DNA from: Prasinococcaceae sp. CCMP 1430
Taxonomy: Eukaryota > Plantae > Prasinodermophyta
Assembly (NCBI GenBank): GCA_013416795.1
Contig: RQSC01000958.1
Location: 62,001-126,000 of the forward strand
DNA length: 64,000 bases
Direction of reading: 5' to 3'
Under the pieces are notes generated by a model. That model did no database searches. It saw only the letters and a program-made list of their open reading frames with translations, and was not told the origin of the DNA. Both the position numbers and the translations under genes were made by a program. Each line of letters starts with the position of its first letter. Position 1 is the stretch's first letter. This document shows, in pieces, positions 54,692-64,000 of the stretch.

Positions 54692-55297
54692 ATGTCGTGG
54701 CGCGACACGCTCTTCGTGTGGCGCGGTGCGCTGGGCGCGAACGGGTCCTGGCACGGCCGGTGGGTGGGCGTCGCCGCCGCCGACGCGGCACACGCAGACC
54801 CGCCGAACGAGGCATCGTATGCTGCCGCCGAGGCCGACGGCGAGTTTGAGGCCGCGCTGGGGGCAAATGCACAGATCGCAGGGGGCTGCGTCGCGGAGAG
54901 CAGCAGGTATTCCCTCGATGGGGATCAGTGGCACGAAGACGACACGCACGAGCTCGCCGTGGCGCAAAGCATCGACGATGGCGGCGGCGGCATTGGGGTT
55001 GGCTCGCGGCTCGTTGCGGCGAGTGGCGGCAACGAGTTCGGGCGCTTCGTGAGCGTCGGAAGCCTCGCAGGCGGCGTCCTGTGCCTTGCACGGAGATACC
55101 TGCAAAAGCGCGATGAGAGGTGCGCGATGCGTGCACGTGACGTGCTCAACGCGGCGGCGGCATCAGGAGCGACTGGCGGGGAAGCGCCATGGCGCACCGC
55201 GGCAGAGCTGATGGGCGCGACAGTGCGGCCGCGCAAGCGCGGGCGTGGTGAAAAACCGGCTCTCACAAACAGCAGCTCACGTCGCGCAAGAGTGTAA
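54692..55297 (+). CDS. Hypothetical protein, probably beta-rich
   Basis: MSWRDTLFVWRG..WHGRWVG; ASGGNEFGRFVSVG..LCLARRY..D.R; coding-like composition. Confidence 0.7.
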   Translation: MSWRDTLFVWRGALGANGSWHGRWVGVAAADAAHADPPNEASYAAAEADGEFEAALGANAQIAGGCVAESSRYSLDGDQWHEDDTHELAVAQSIDDGGGGIGVGSRLVAASGGNEFGRFVSVGSLAGGVLCLARRYLQKRDERCAMRARDVLNAAAASGATGGEAPWRTAAELMGATVRPRKRGRGEKPALTNSSSRRARV

Positions 55298-56691
55298 GTG
55301 AAGAGGCCAAGCCGCAGAGAGCAGCGCGTCCGCAAGATCGGCCTTGCTCGTGGCACCGGTGGCATCTGCACCCGCGGCCATCAGCCTGGCCTTGAGCTCA
55401 CGCACGCTCAGCGACAAAAGCTCCGCTCTCGCTGCCGCTGGGTCGCCGCTGGCGGCCGTGCGCGCCGCTCGTGCCGCCGCGCTCCGCACCCCGTCGGCGA
55501 GAGCCTGGGCGCACTCAGCGACGTGCGCGCCCTGGAGAAGGTCGGTGTGGCCAGCACCAGCTATAACATGTAGAATGACCTCGGCCGCTGTGCCCTCCTT
55601 CGCCACTGCCTCTGCTGCCCTCGCAAGCTCGATGGGCACCACGGTGTCGGCGTCGCCGTGCAGGAGCAGCACTCCGCAGCGAAGCTTGCGCAGCTTTGGC
55701 ATCGTCTGGGTGGGGTCGGGAGCACGTCGACGCGCCTGTCATATCGTGTGCAGGAGCGAACACGGACGGATCAGAGTCGATCTGCGCTCTCATGCGCGCG
55801 TGCTGTCATCCTACGAGCGTGCGCACAACCCCTCACCCTTCCTCTTGCTCGCCAGCAGCGTACCTTGCTTCCATGCTCAAAAGTGTGCGCTGCCCGTCGT
55901 ACCGCCGGCATCTCCCGCATGTCTACGGCACCACCCTCAAGCGCCAGGAGTGCGTATTCGCGCGGTCGCGAGTATGCCAGGTGGACGGCGGCTGTAGCGC
56001 CCACACCACGGCCCAGCAGGCAAATGGGTGCGCCCTCAGCGACCCCCAGGCGGCGGGCGACCGTGGGCAGTGCATTGCCCACTGAGTCCGCATAGCCACC
56101 AACCTTGCAAAGCGCGGCGATTTCTGCGAGCCGGGGCGCGTCAGTGCTCCACGCAGAGCCTGGTAGAGCGACAACGACGAGGCTCGATCCCTCCGGCAGC
56201 GCGCGGAGCAGCACTGGCGCCGCCCTATCAAAGTCGGTCACGCAGTCCTCGCCGCCGTGAAAGAGCACCACCAGTGGCGCGGCCGCGGCGCCATCGCGAG
56301 CGCGAGCGCACTCCGGGCGTGGCGTCCACGCTCGGTACGCGACATGCGTCCCTCCACGGTCAGCGTCGATGTCCCCGACCTCGGCCTCTGCGGCGCGCAG
56401 GGAGAGTAGTGGCGGGGTACGAGGGGCTGGCATCAGCATGGAATCCCCAGTGCAGGCGCGTCTCACGCGCGCACGTGCCACAGCCCTCTGCCCCGCAGCC
56501 AGCAGCGTCCGCGCGCACGCACTGTGTCTCCCCACGCGAGAGGGACCAAGCTTGATGAGGCCGTCGGAGACGCCCGGAGTGGCGTCGGCGAACATGCGCG
56601 CGGCGCGCGGCAGCAGCAGAGCCGAACGGATTTCATCGCGCGACCAGAACGCCGCAACGGCCGCTGCGCCCGCAGAGCCCGCCGCCGCCAT
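55277..56691 (-). CDS. Alpha/beta hydrolase-fold protein (ABHD13/17-like) with a C-terminal SAP-like motif; intron 55736-55863
   Basis: VVLFHGG; nucleophile-elbow position reads GRGVG; LLLHGDADTVVP; GAGHTDL; C-terminal LSVRELKARL..GAD..G...KADL. Confidence 0.85.
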
Positions 56692-57162
56692 GGGCGCGGC
56701 GGGCGGCCCCCTGCCCGCCCCCGCCTACTGCGCCCGCGCCTGCCCCGAGCACCGCCCGCCTGCACGCCGGCCGCGCGCACGGCGGCGGGCGCGCGGAGTG
56801 GCACGCTGCGAGGGCGGATGCGAGCGCGACCCTTCGCGGTTCCGGTTCCCCAGCCACGCGGCTGGGCTTGGATAGCCAAGCCACTTTGCGTGCATTTTGA
56901 AGAAATACTCTCCCGTGGGTAAATAAATCGATGTGCTGACCTGGCAGGTCACTCACAAGGCGACGTGAGGTGGTCGCACGATGCCAGTGCGCACGGTGGG
57001 GTGGGACGGGAAGTTGTGCACACGCCCCTCGCGCCCGCGACGTCACGATGTGTACGGTAGTGAGGTGTGTGTGCACGGGGATACAGTACATTTATACATT
57101 ATCGACGTCCCGCGGCAGCCGCGCCACATCGTGTGGTGCGAAGCAGCACGCGCAATGGGCGC

Positions 57163-57906
57163 TCATGCCACAGAGCGCCAAGGGTAAGCAAAGTGCAGGC
57201 TCGCAACGGTAGCGTCATCGAGGCCGCAGCCGCGCACGAGCAGCTCGCGAAGCGCGGGAGCGCACTTGGCCAGCGATGCGCGCACGGCACCGCCGCCAAG
57301 CGCGCCAATGGCGCGGCAGTTGCGCAGCGAAAGGGCGTGCACGCCAGCCGGAAGCGCCTCCAGGGCGCGAAGGTCGCACATCGAGCCGCTCAGGTCGCAC
57401 CGAGAGAGGGCCGGCCCGCATGCTCCCAAGATACTCGCGATGTCATCTGCGGCCAGCCCACTGCAGCCGCTCAGGGTGAGCGTCTCTATGTTGCGCAGGC
57501 ACTCGCTCGAGTGCAGCTCATCAACGGCCACCGCAGGCACGGGGACGAAACTCAACTCCAGGTGCCGCAAAACGCCGCCGCGGCAGCGCACGGCGAGCTC
57601 CCACGGCGCGCGCGCGCCTTCGAGGGCGAGGCGCACCCTGTACTGGAAACTCGTGCCGTACGCCTCCCGCCAGGCGCGGCACACGCACGCCCCGCGGGCG
57701 GCCTCCATAGCGGGCGCAGTGGCAAGTATGCGCGCAGTCGCGGCCTGCGGCAGCGACGACCAGGCGCAGCCGACACCGCCTGCCGCCTGTCGGCCGGCGT
57801 CGCCGCCGCCGTCGCCGCCGCCGCACTTGCGGGGGCTCGGCTCCGCCTCCGCCTCTTCCACATATTTCCCATCGAGCCACGCGGGCATCGGCTCCTGCGG
57901 GGGCAC
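57163..57906 (-). CDS. F-box/LRR protein
   Basis: F-box-like SSLPQ...RIL...ACVCRAWRE followed by LxxLxLSxC repeats. Confidence 0.8.
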   Translation of the reverse strand: MPPQEPMPAWLDGKYVEEAEAEPSPRKCGGGDGGGDAGRQAAGGVGCAWSSLPQAATARILATAPAMEAARGACVCRAWREAYGTSFQYRVRLALEGARAPWELAVRCRGGVLRHLELSFVPVPAVAVDELHSSECLRNIETLTLSGCSGLAADDIASILGACGPALSRCDLSGSMCDLRALEALPAGVHALSLRNCRAIGALGGGAVRASLAKCAPALRELLVRGCGLDDATVASLHFAYPWRSVA

Positions 57907-57970
57907 CGCGCGGTGCCTCGCGCAGTGCCCTCTCTTTCCCTCCCCTCTCGTCCCAGGCGCAGCGACGCGC

Positions 57971-58345
57971 TTAGCCCCTGCGGAGCCAGCCCAACCAGCC
58001 AGCCGTCTGCTTCTTCGCTTGCTCCTCGCTCTCGTGCCGCTGCAGCGCGAAAGTCGGCAGCCTCGGCGTATTCGGCACGCCGTCTTGGGAGCCCGTGCTC
58101 GCCGCGATGCCGACCGCCGCTGCGCCCGCCGCGACCGTGCCCACCGCAGCCTTGCCTGCCGCGCCGCCCTTAATGAGCGTCGCGCCGGCGCCAGCTCCGG
58201 CGGCTGCGCCGCCGACAGCCGCAGCCTTTGCGGCGGCCTTGCCTGCCGCGCCGCCCTTGATCAGCGCGCCGCCCTTCGAGCTCAGCGCCACAACCCCCGC
58301 GAAGCCCGCCCGCACAGCCGTCCAGAAGTCGGTCTTGCCCGCCAT
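57971..58345 (-). CDS. Small Gly/Ala/Lys-rich protein with a duplicated LIKGGAAGKAA motif
   Basis: Frame from MAGKTDFW; the 11-aa motif occurs twice; coding-like codons. Confidence 0.55.
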   Translation of the reverse strand: MAGKTDFWTAVRAGFAGVVALSSKGGALIKGGAAGKAAAKAAAVGGAAAGAGAGATLIKGGAAGKAAVGTVAAGAAAVGIAASTGSQDGVPNTPRLPTFALQRHESEEQAKKQTAGWLGWLRRG

Positions 58346-59212
58346 CACCACCTCCCCTCTGGAAAGCGCGGCCAGCACCGCAGCGCGCTGCCGCGGAACA
58401 CCGAACCGAACGAGCGCCCTCCCTCTCCGCCGGCGCGAGCGGCGCGGCGGGGGGGAAGGGGAGGGGGGGGGCGGGCTCGCGGGTGCGCGCGCGGTGTGGC
58501 GCCCCCGCGACAACCTGTGCGCAGTTCAAACGCGCGGCGCCCGCGCTCGATCGAAGCGACGGGACGGCAAAGCCGCAAAGGATTCCGAAAATGTCAATTT
58601 CAAAAACATGCAAAAAATCTCCGGAATATTGCTTGTAATATCCCCATCCCGGGAAACGCGACGGGGGCGGCGGCGCGCGCTTTTTTTCCTTCTCCCATCG
58701 CTCTCCCGAAGATTTTGAATTTGCTTTTAAAATATGTTTTATTTTAAAAGGCCTAGGCGTTGATTTTGATGTACCTAGTATTATGGGTAAATAAAATTTA
58801 ATCAGGGTTCGCATTTGATATGGATTCGGTTGTCAAGGATGGCCTCGGATGTTGCGGTTGCGCGCGCCCTGGGTGGAGGCGGCAGGCGGGGGCTCCGCCT
58901 CGCGACGCGCCAATTTTCGTCCGCAGCATTCGCATTTCGTGTTTGCCTTCCGCGCATTTCTCGCGCGACCGCGGAGTTCGAGTTCGGGAGCTCCTTCCGG
59001 AGCGCGCGACTTTGGGAAAAAGTTCGGGCTACTTTTGACACAAAAACGACACTTAAAATGATTTTGTGAATTATGGAAAGTTTGGAAATTTGGGAAGCTC
59101 GGCTGGGAACTCCGGGGAAAAGCGCCCGAACCCGGCGCATTTGCGCGAGACACGCCGGGCAGCGCCGCGCCGCGCAAAAGCGCACCACCCGGGGCAGCTC
59201 AGCCGACGCTTA

Positions 59213-59274
59213 TTAACCTAAAACATAAACCCTATTATCTAAACCCCCTAAAAGTCAACCTAAACCAAGACCCT
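59213..59274 (+). repeat. Degenerate interstitial telomere-like (CCCTAAA) cluster
   Basis: AACCTAAAA-CATAAACCCTA-TTATCTAAACCCCCTAAAA-GTCAACCTAAACC-AAGACCCT. Confidence 0.6.
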
Positions 59275-59378
59275 TCGCGGGGGGGGGCACACAGAGGCCC
59301 GCGCATGCACACGACCGCACGCGCAGATGCACGCGTGCGCGCACACGCGCCGGGGGCGCCGCCCCCGCCTCCGCCGCC

Positions 59379-59612
59379 GGCGCGCTACCGTACGAGCTCC
59401 AGCCTTCGGAGATCGCCTCCATCGCCGTGGCGGACGACGACGCGGGCGGGCCGCGGCTGCTCGTGGCGGGCTTCGGCTCCCTCCTCTCCGAGCGAAGCGC
59501 GCGCTCCACCTTCCCTGAGCTGCGCGGCTTCCGCGTGGGCGCGCTGCCGGGCTTCCGGCGCGTGTTTGCGCACGCGTGCGACGTCTTCCTTGACAACGGC
59601 ATCGCCGACCTG
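59379..59612 (+). CDS. Gamma-glutamylcyclotransferase-like protein, partial (one exon; rest lost at (GT)n and gap)
   Basis: LLVAGFGSLLSERSARSTFPELRGFRVGALPGFRRVFAH has the GGCT-fold F/YGSL signature; followed by donor GTGCGT. Confidence 0.75.
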
Positions 59613-59632
59613 GTGCGTGCGTGCGTGCGTGC

Positions 59633-59690
<58 letters not shown>
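59613..59690. repeat. (GTGC)n/(GT)n microsatellite running into an N gap
   Basis: Directly visible. Confidence 0.95.
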
Positions 59691-59704
59691 NNNNNNNNNN
59701 NNNN

Positions 59705-61130
59705 GTCTGCGCGCGGCGCCCCGCCGCGCGGCCACCGTCGCGGCGGACGTGCCCGCCACTGTGCCGCCGGCAGGCGTGTACGCCGCGGCGGCGAACGTCG
59801 CCGCCGTCAAGGCGTCCTACCCGCTGGCCAAGACGCTCGCGTTGGGCCTCAGCGCGGGCATGCTCATCGGCCTCGGTGCCGGGCTCATGTCGCACGTGGG
59901 CGGCACGTCGCCGGCGCTCGCCGCTGCCAACCCGGGCGCTTGCGACATCCTCAAGGGCCTCATCGGCCTGCCTTGCGGCCTCACGTTGGTGGTGCTCACT
60001 GGAGCGGAGCTCTTCACTGGCAACGTCTTCGTCATGCTTTCGGGGCTCATGGAGGGCACCGTCGAGGTATGCACGATTGCCGGCCCAGCGCTTGTGCTCG
60101 CCAGCAGAGCCCGATCGCGTCGCTGACGAGCACCGCGCGCATACGCCGTCTCTCTCGCACGTCGCGCGCGCGCAGGTGCGCGACCTCGTGAAGAGCTGGA
60201 TCACGTCCTGGACCGCCAACTTCGCAGGCGCGGCCCTCATGGCGTGGATGTGCTTCCACGCCAAGACGATGGCCGCGGGCCCCTTCCTGGCCGTCGCCAA
60301 GGGCATGGCGGTGGCCAAGTGCTCCATCCCGCTCTTCTCAGTGTTCATGAAGGTGCGTGCGCCGCGGATACATGCGCACCCGAAAGGAGCGCGCGCGCCT
60401 GGGAGAGCCGGCGACGTGTTCTCAGGCGCGGTACTGACACGCGCGATATCTCTCAACTTTGTACCCGCACACTGCGTGCGCGCGTGCTGGCGCCCATCAT
60501 CTCCGCGCACGCATTCGCAGGGGGTGCTCTGCAACTACCTCGTGTGCCTGGGCGTGTGGGGCGCGATGTCGAGCACCGACGTCGGTGGAAAGGTGCGAGC
60601 ACGGTGCCTGGACGCGTGATTGCATGCGCTCGGATGGCCCCTGCCGTGCAGTCGCCCGCGCCGGCGAATGCGCCGGCGGAGCGCGCGTGTGCTCGTGCTC
60701 ACGCCCGCCAATGCACGCGCGCGCGGGCGCCACGCAGATCTTGGCAATCCTGTTGCCCGTGTCGGCATTTGTGGCCATGGGGTTCGAGCACAGCGTGGCG
60801 AACATGTTCCTCCTCCCACAGGTGAGCGTGCGCCCAGGCGCGCGGCGCTCGCATCGCCCACGTCAGCGCAATGGTCACACATCGATCCCACCATGCGCTG
60901 CACGCCAGACGCTCGCCCGCAGTACTGACTCCTGCATGTGGCGTGCACTTCGGCTCGCGCGCGCGCGCGCACGCGGAAATGACCGCACACAGGGCATGCT
61001 GCACGGCGCGCCCATTACATTCGCCGACATGATGCTGAAGAACATCATCCCCGTGACCCTGGGCAACATCGTTGGCGCCGGGCTCTTCGTGGCGGGTATC
61101 CACGCGATCGCCTACAACACGTACAACTAG
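59705..61130 (+). CDS. NAR1: Formate/nitrite transporter family (NAR1-like); exons 59705-60066, 60176-60352, 60521-60592, 60738-60821, 60993-61130; start in gap
   Basis: LPCGLTLVVLTGAELFTGN, GVLCNYLVCLGVW, FVAMGFEHSVANM and NIIPVTLGNIVGA are FNT signatures. Confidence 0.96.
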
Positions 61131-61547
61131 GAGGATCCACGGGCCGGTCCCCGACGACATCGCCGACTGCACCTACCACTGAGGACTTGATGAGTAGGAT
61201 GGGTGTGGGGTGCGAGCCATCGCCGCAGGCGCGCGCTGGCGCTCATCGCGCCGCTCCTTAAGATGACAGTTTACCTCAGTAGTCCCCGGACACCCCCCCC
61301 ACCCACCCATTGCCCCGCCCGCCGCAACGAGCGCACAGGCGGAGCGACGCGTTCGTGCGGACGCTCGGTGCTGCTGAGGGTGTGAAAAAATCACTAACTT
61401 TTCGAACAATTACGGAGTACTTCTGCTTCAATCAGTGCAACCCTCCCCTTCGTTCTATTAGTGGAACTGCCGCATCTACTAGCTAGGGATGAGTGTGCCC
61501 ACCCACGCGCACATGACGCGCACGCGGGCGCTTGCACGCCCGTGCGC

Positions 61548-62430
61548 TTACTTGCCGGCGGCAGCCTTGGCGTGCGGCGACAGAACCATGTCCCAGAGCA
61601 TGTAACCGGTGATGATGGCGGGGCCCAGGACGGCGGAGATGATCACGCCGGTAACAAGGCCGGGCGTCACGGGGTTGATGGCCGACACGGTGAACTGACC
61701 CTCGCTCATGCCGTAGCCGATGTAAGTGTCGGGCTCGTCTCCGTGGATGTAGATCTTGATGAAGTAGTCGCCGTCCGGGGTGTCCTCGTCGAACATGTGC
61801 GTGTACGTGCCCGTGGACGCGTCCGCACCCACGACAACCTTGTTCGTGCACTGAGCCTTCAGGTTCTTCTTGATGTCGTCCTTGGGCTTGCGCCACTTGC
61901 GGCCCTTCAACACGCCAGCGTCGTAGCACGCGGCGATGGTGACCTTGAGGTCGTCAGCGGGGACAACGCCATCCTTGGCGGTCCAGGTGACGGTGATGGT
62001 GTCCTCCTCCTCTTCGGCCTTCACGACGGGGCGCGGCTCCACGAGAGTCGGATAGGCCGTGCCCTTGACGGCAAGGGTGACGTCCAGCACGTTGTCGCTG
62101 CGGGGGGCGGGCGTGTGGGGCGCGGGCGAAATGCGGAGCGTCCGCGCATCCAAGTCAGCGCGGAGTCGGAGCTCGCGCACACCCATCTCCGCACTCGAGC
62201 CCTCGCGCGCGCTGGCGCAAGCGCTCGCGTGCGCGTCGCTATCGCCCTGCGCGCGCAGCTCGGTGGCGCTGCGCCGTGTGCGCATCCCATGAACCGCGCC
62301 GCAGACGCATCCCGCGCGCAACGCACATCTCCGACTCGAGCTTGGAGGCGGCGGCGGCGGCGCCGGTCGCCGCCGAGGCGATGCCGAGCGCAGCCGCGGC
62401 GAAGGCGAACGACCTCTTGCTGATCGCCAT
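61548..62430 (-). CDS. NAR2: High-affinity nitrate transport accessory protein NAR2/NRT3; intron 62098-62326
   Basis: Signal peptide; EDTITVTW; V...CY......RKWRK..DD....QC..KV; D.P...YFIKIY; YG.S; C-terminal TM helix. Confidence 0.88.
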
Positions 62431-64000
62431 GACTGGCGTGTGGGGTAGGATGGCCGAGTGGGGTCGGGCGGGCAGTGGCTGTGTGTGGCGTGCACAGTGT
62501 GGCGCCGCCTCGCCCGCGCCTGGACAACTTTTTCCCCTTTGGGCGCGCCCCCCCCTCCCCCGCTCCGAGAGCGCGCGCGCGCCGGGCGCGCGCGCGCACT
62601 CGCGGCCCACAGCCCCACCATGAGTTCGCATTGCGAGCATACCTTGGCCGGACGTTGGGACGGAACTCATGGGGGTTGGGCCCGTCGCCCCGGCTCGCGC
62701 GCTAACAAGCAGCCAACAACCCCCCTCGATGCGATCCCGGCTCTGACAGCCTGGCCCCGCCTCTCACCCGCCGCGCGCGCGCGCGTTCCCCGCGCGCGCC
62801 GAGCCGACGCCGTTGCCCCATCCCGCGTGGGGGGCCGCGCCGCATAGCGCGCATATGGGGGATTGCGATATCCCTGGCGCGTGTCCCTTCAGGCCGCGCG
62901 CGCGCCGCGCGCGCCCGTCTCGCCTTCGACCTGATGACCTGGCGCAAACCGCGCGGCCACGCGGCCGCGCCTGCCCCTCCACGCACGCCGCGCCAGCCAC
63001 CGCCAGCCACCGCCTGCAAGCAGCAAGCGAGGGGGGAACCGCCGCGCGCCGGCGCGCCGCGCACCCGCGCAGCCAGACAGCCAGGCGTAGCTTACTTACG
63101 CAGAGCGTGCTGCAGGTGCAGGTGGGTGTGGGTGTGGGGCCCTACCAACCACCACCACCCACCAAAAACAAAACCCCACCGCGCGCACGACCGCCGATGT
63201 TACCACCGCAGCAGCCCCCGCCGGGCAAGACGGAGCGCCGACGTAACACCGGTACCGTCCCGCGTCCTGTCGGTGACTGCAGCGGGCCCTCGCGCCGCTC
63301 GCCGCTCGCTCGTCGTGCTGTACGTCTCGGGGGTTCGGTCGGTGGGCCACCCGCAGCAAATCTCGCGGTTATGCATAACGGTCCATCACTTTCGTTACGG
63401 CGCCGCCCCTTGGGTTCTCGCACGGACCCGCTCATGTGGGCAGCCCGAGGGGGCTTTTCGTCGGGCGCGTTCGAAATTGTTGGTTTTGGGGTTTTGGCAG
63501 GCGGCGCGGGGTTTCGCGCGCGCGTTTGGCGGGAAAGAACGCGCGCGCGTTTCGCGGGTTGTTAACATCGTTCCCCCAACGCGCGCGCGGGCCCCGGGGA
63601 ACCCATGGGCGCCTTTGCGTGCTCGCGTCGTGTGAGTTGATGCGAAGGTTGACGGAGTGTGGCTTTGACGTCGCCGCGTGGAAGGAGCGGCAGAGTATGA
63701 TGACGCTCAGCAACAAAGAAAAACAAGGTGGGGCAAAAAGGCTTTGATTTTGACATGTGCTCAACACTGTGTGATGTCTTGGCGCGTAGGCGCTGGCAGC
63801 AGCAGCACCGAAGGCAGGCAGCAGCAGCGCGCGCGGGCGCCCTGCGCCGGACAGAGGGGTCGGGCGCGAGCGCGGGGCGCGCCACACACGCAAGCGGGGC
63901 CGCGCCTGCGGCGCCGNNNNNNNNNNNNNNNNNNNNNNNNNNNNNNNNNNNNNNGCCAACGGGGCGCGCGCCATTCGTTCTGATGGCGGGCGCGGAGTGT

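Noticed and set aside
1-64000. Many long Arg/Ala/Pro-rich or THTH/VCVC ORFs in the six-frame track, including the 1367-aa ORF spanning the N gap
   Set aside because: They are shadow frames of GC-rich genes, microsatellite translations or gap read-through, with no family motifs.
62700-64000. Possible coding sequence at the window end
   Set aside because: No recognisable motifs or convincing exon structure; treated as promoter/UTR with a gap.

Overview
This is gene-dense eukaryotic nuclear DNA with high GC, short introns (donors GTGCGY/GTGAG/GTACGC, acceptors CGCAG/ACAG), long (GT/CA)n tracts and several scaffold gaps. The plant-like proteins (NAR2, plastid Hsp100, SCD2-like, COG6) point to a prasinophyte-grade green alga, possibly Prasinoderma-like (inference). 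About 30 genes or gene fragments are recognisable: rhomboid protease, PP2C, PRP38A, a multi-OB-fold SHLD2-like protein, Clp/Hsp100, FkbM methyltransferase, two GDP-fucose O-fucosyltransferase-family genes, VPS51, an ING-like/Tudor protein, SCD2-like/COG6/RabGGT-beta fragments, HSP20, TTC4, GT77 and GT61 glycosyltransferases, an ankyrin protein, RPP30, a HAD-IIB phosphatase, the meiotic crossover factor SHOC1/Zip2, an alpha/beta hydrolase, an F-box/LRR protein, a GGCT-like fragment, and adjacent NAR1 and NAR2 nitrate-assimilation genes. The most notable observations are: (1) a compact, structured non-coding segment at about 1292-1452 (minus strand) with a TTTAGGG-compatible template and a T-run end, a candidate telomerase RNA; (2) SHLD2-like and SHOC1 genes, implying DNA end-protection and meiotic machinery; (3) one in-frame TAG in an otherwise continuous ~1080-codon fucosyltransferase frame; (4) a 172-bp Mutator-like MITE with TIRs and an 11-bp TSD; (5) an ING N-domain fused to a Tudor domain instead of a PHD finger; (6) an Hsp100 lacking both the M-domain and the ClpP-docking loop. 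All homology calls come from motif recognition by eye; no searches were run.
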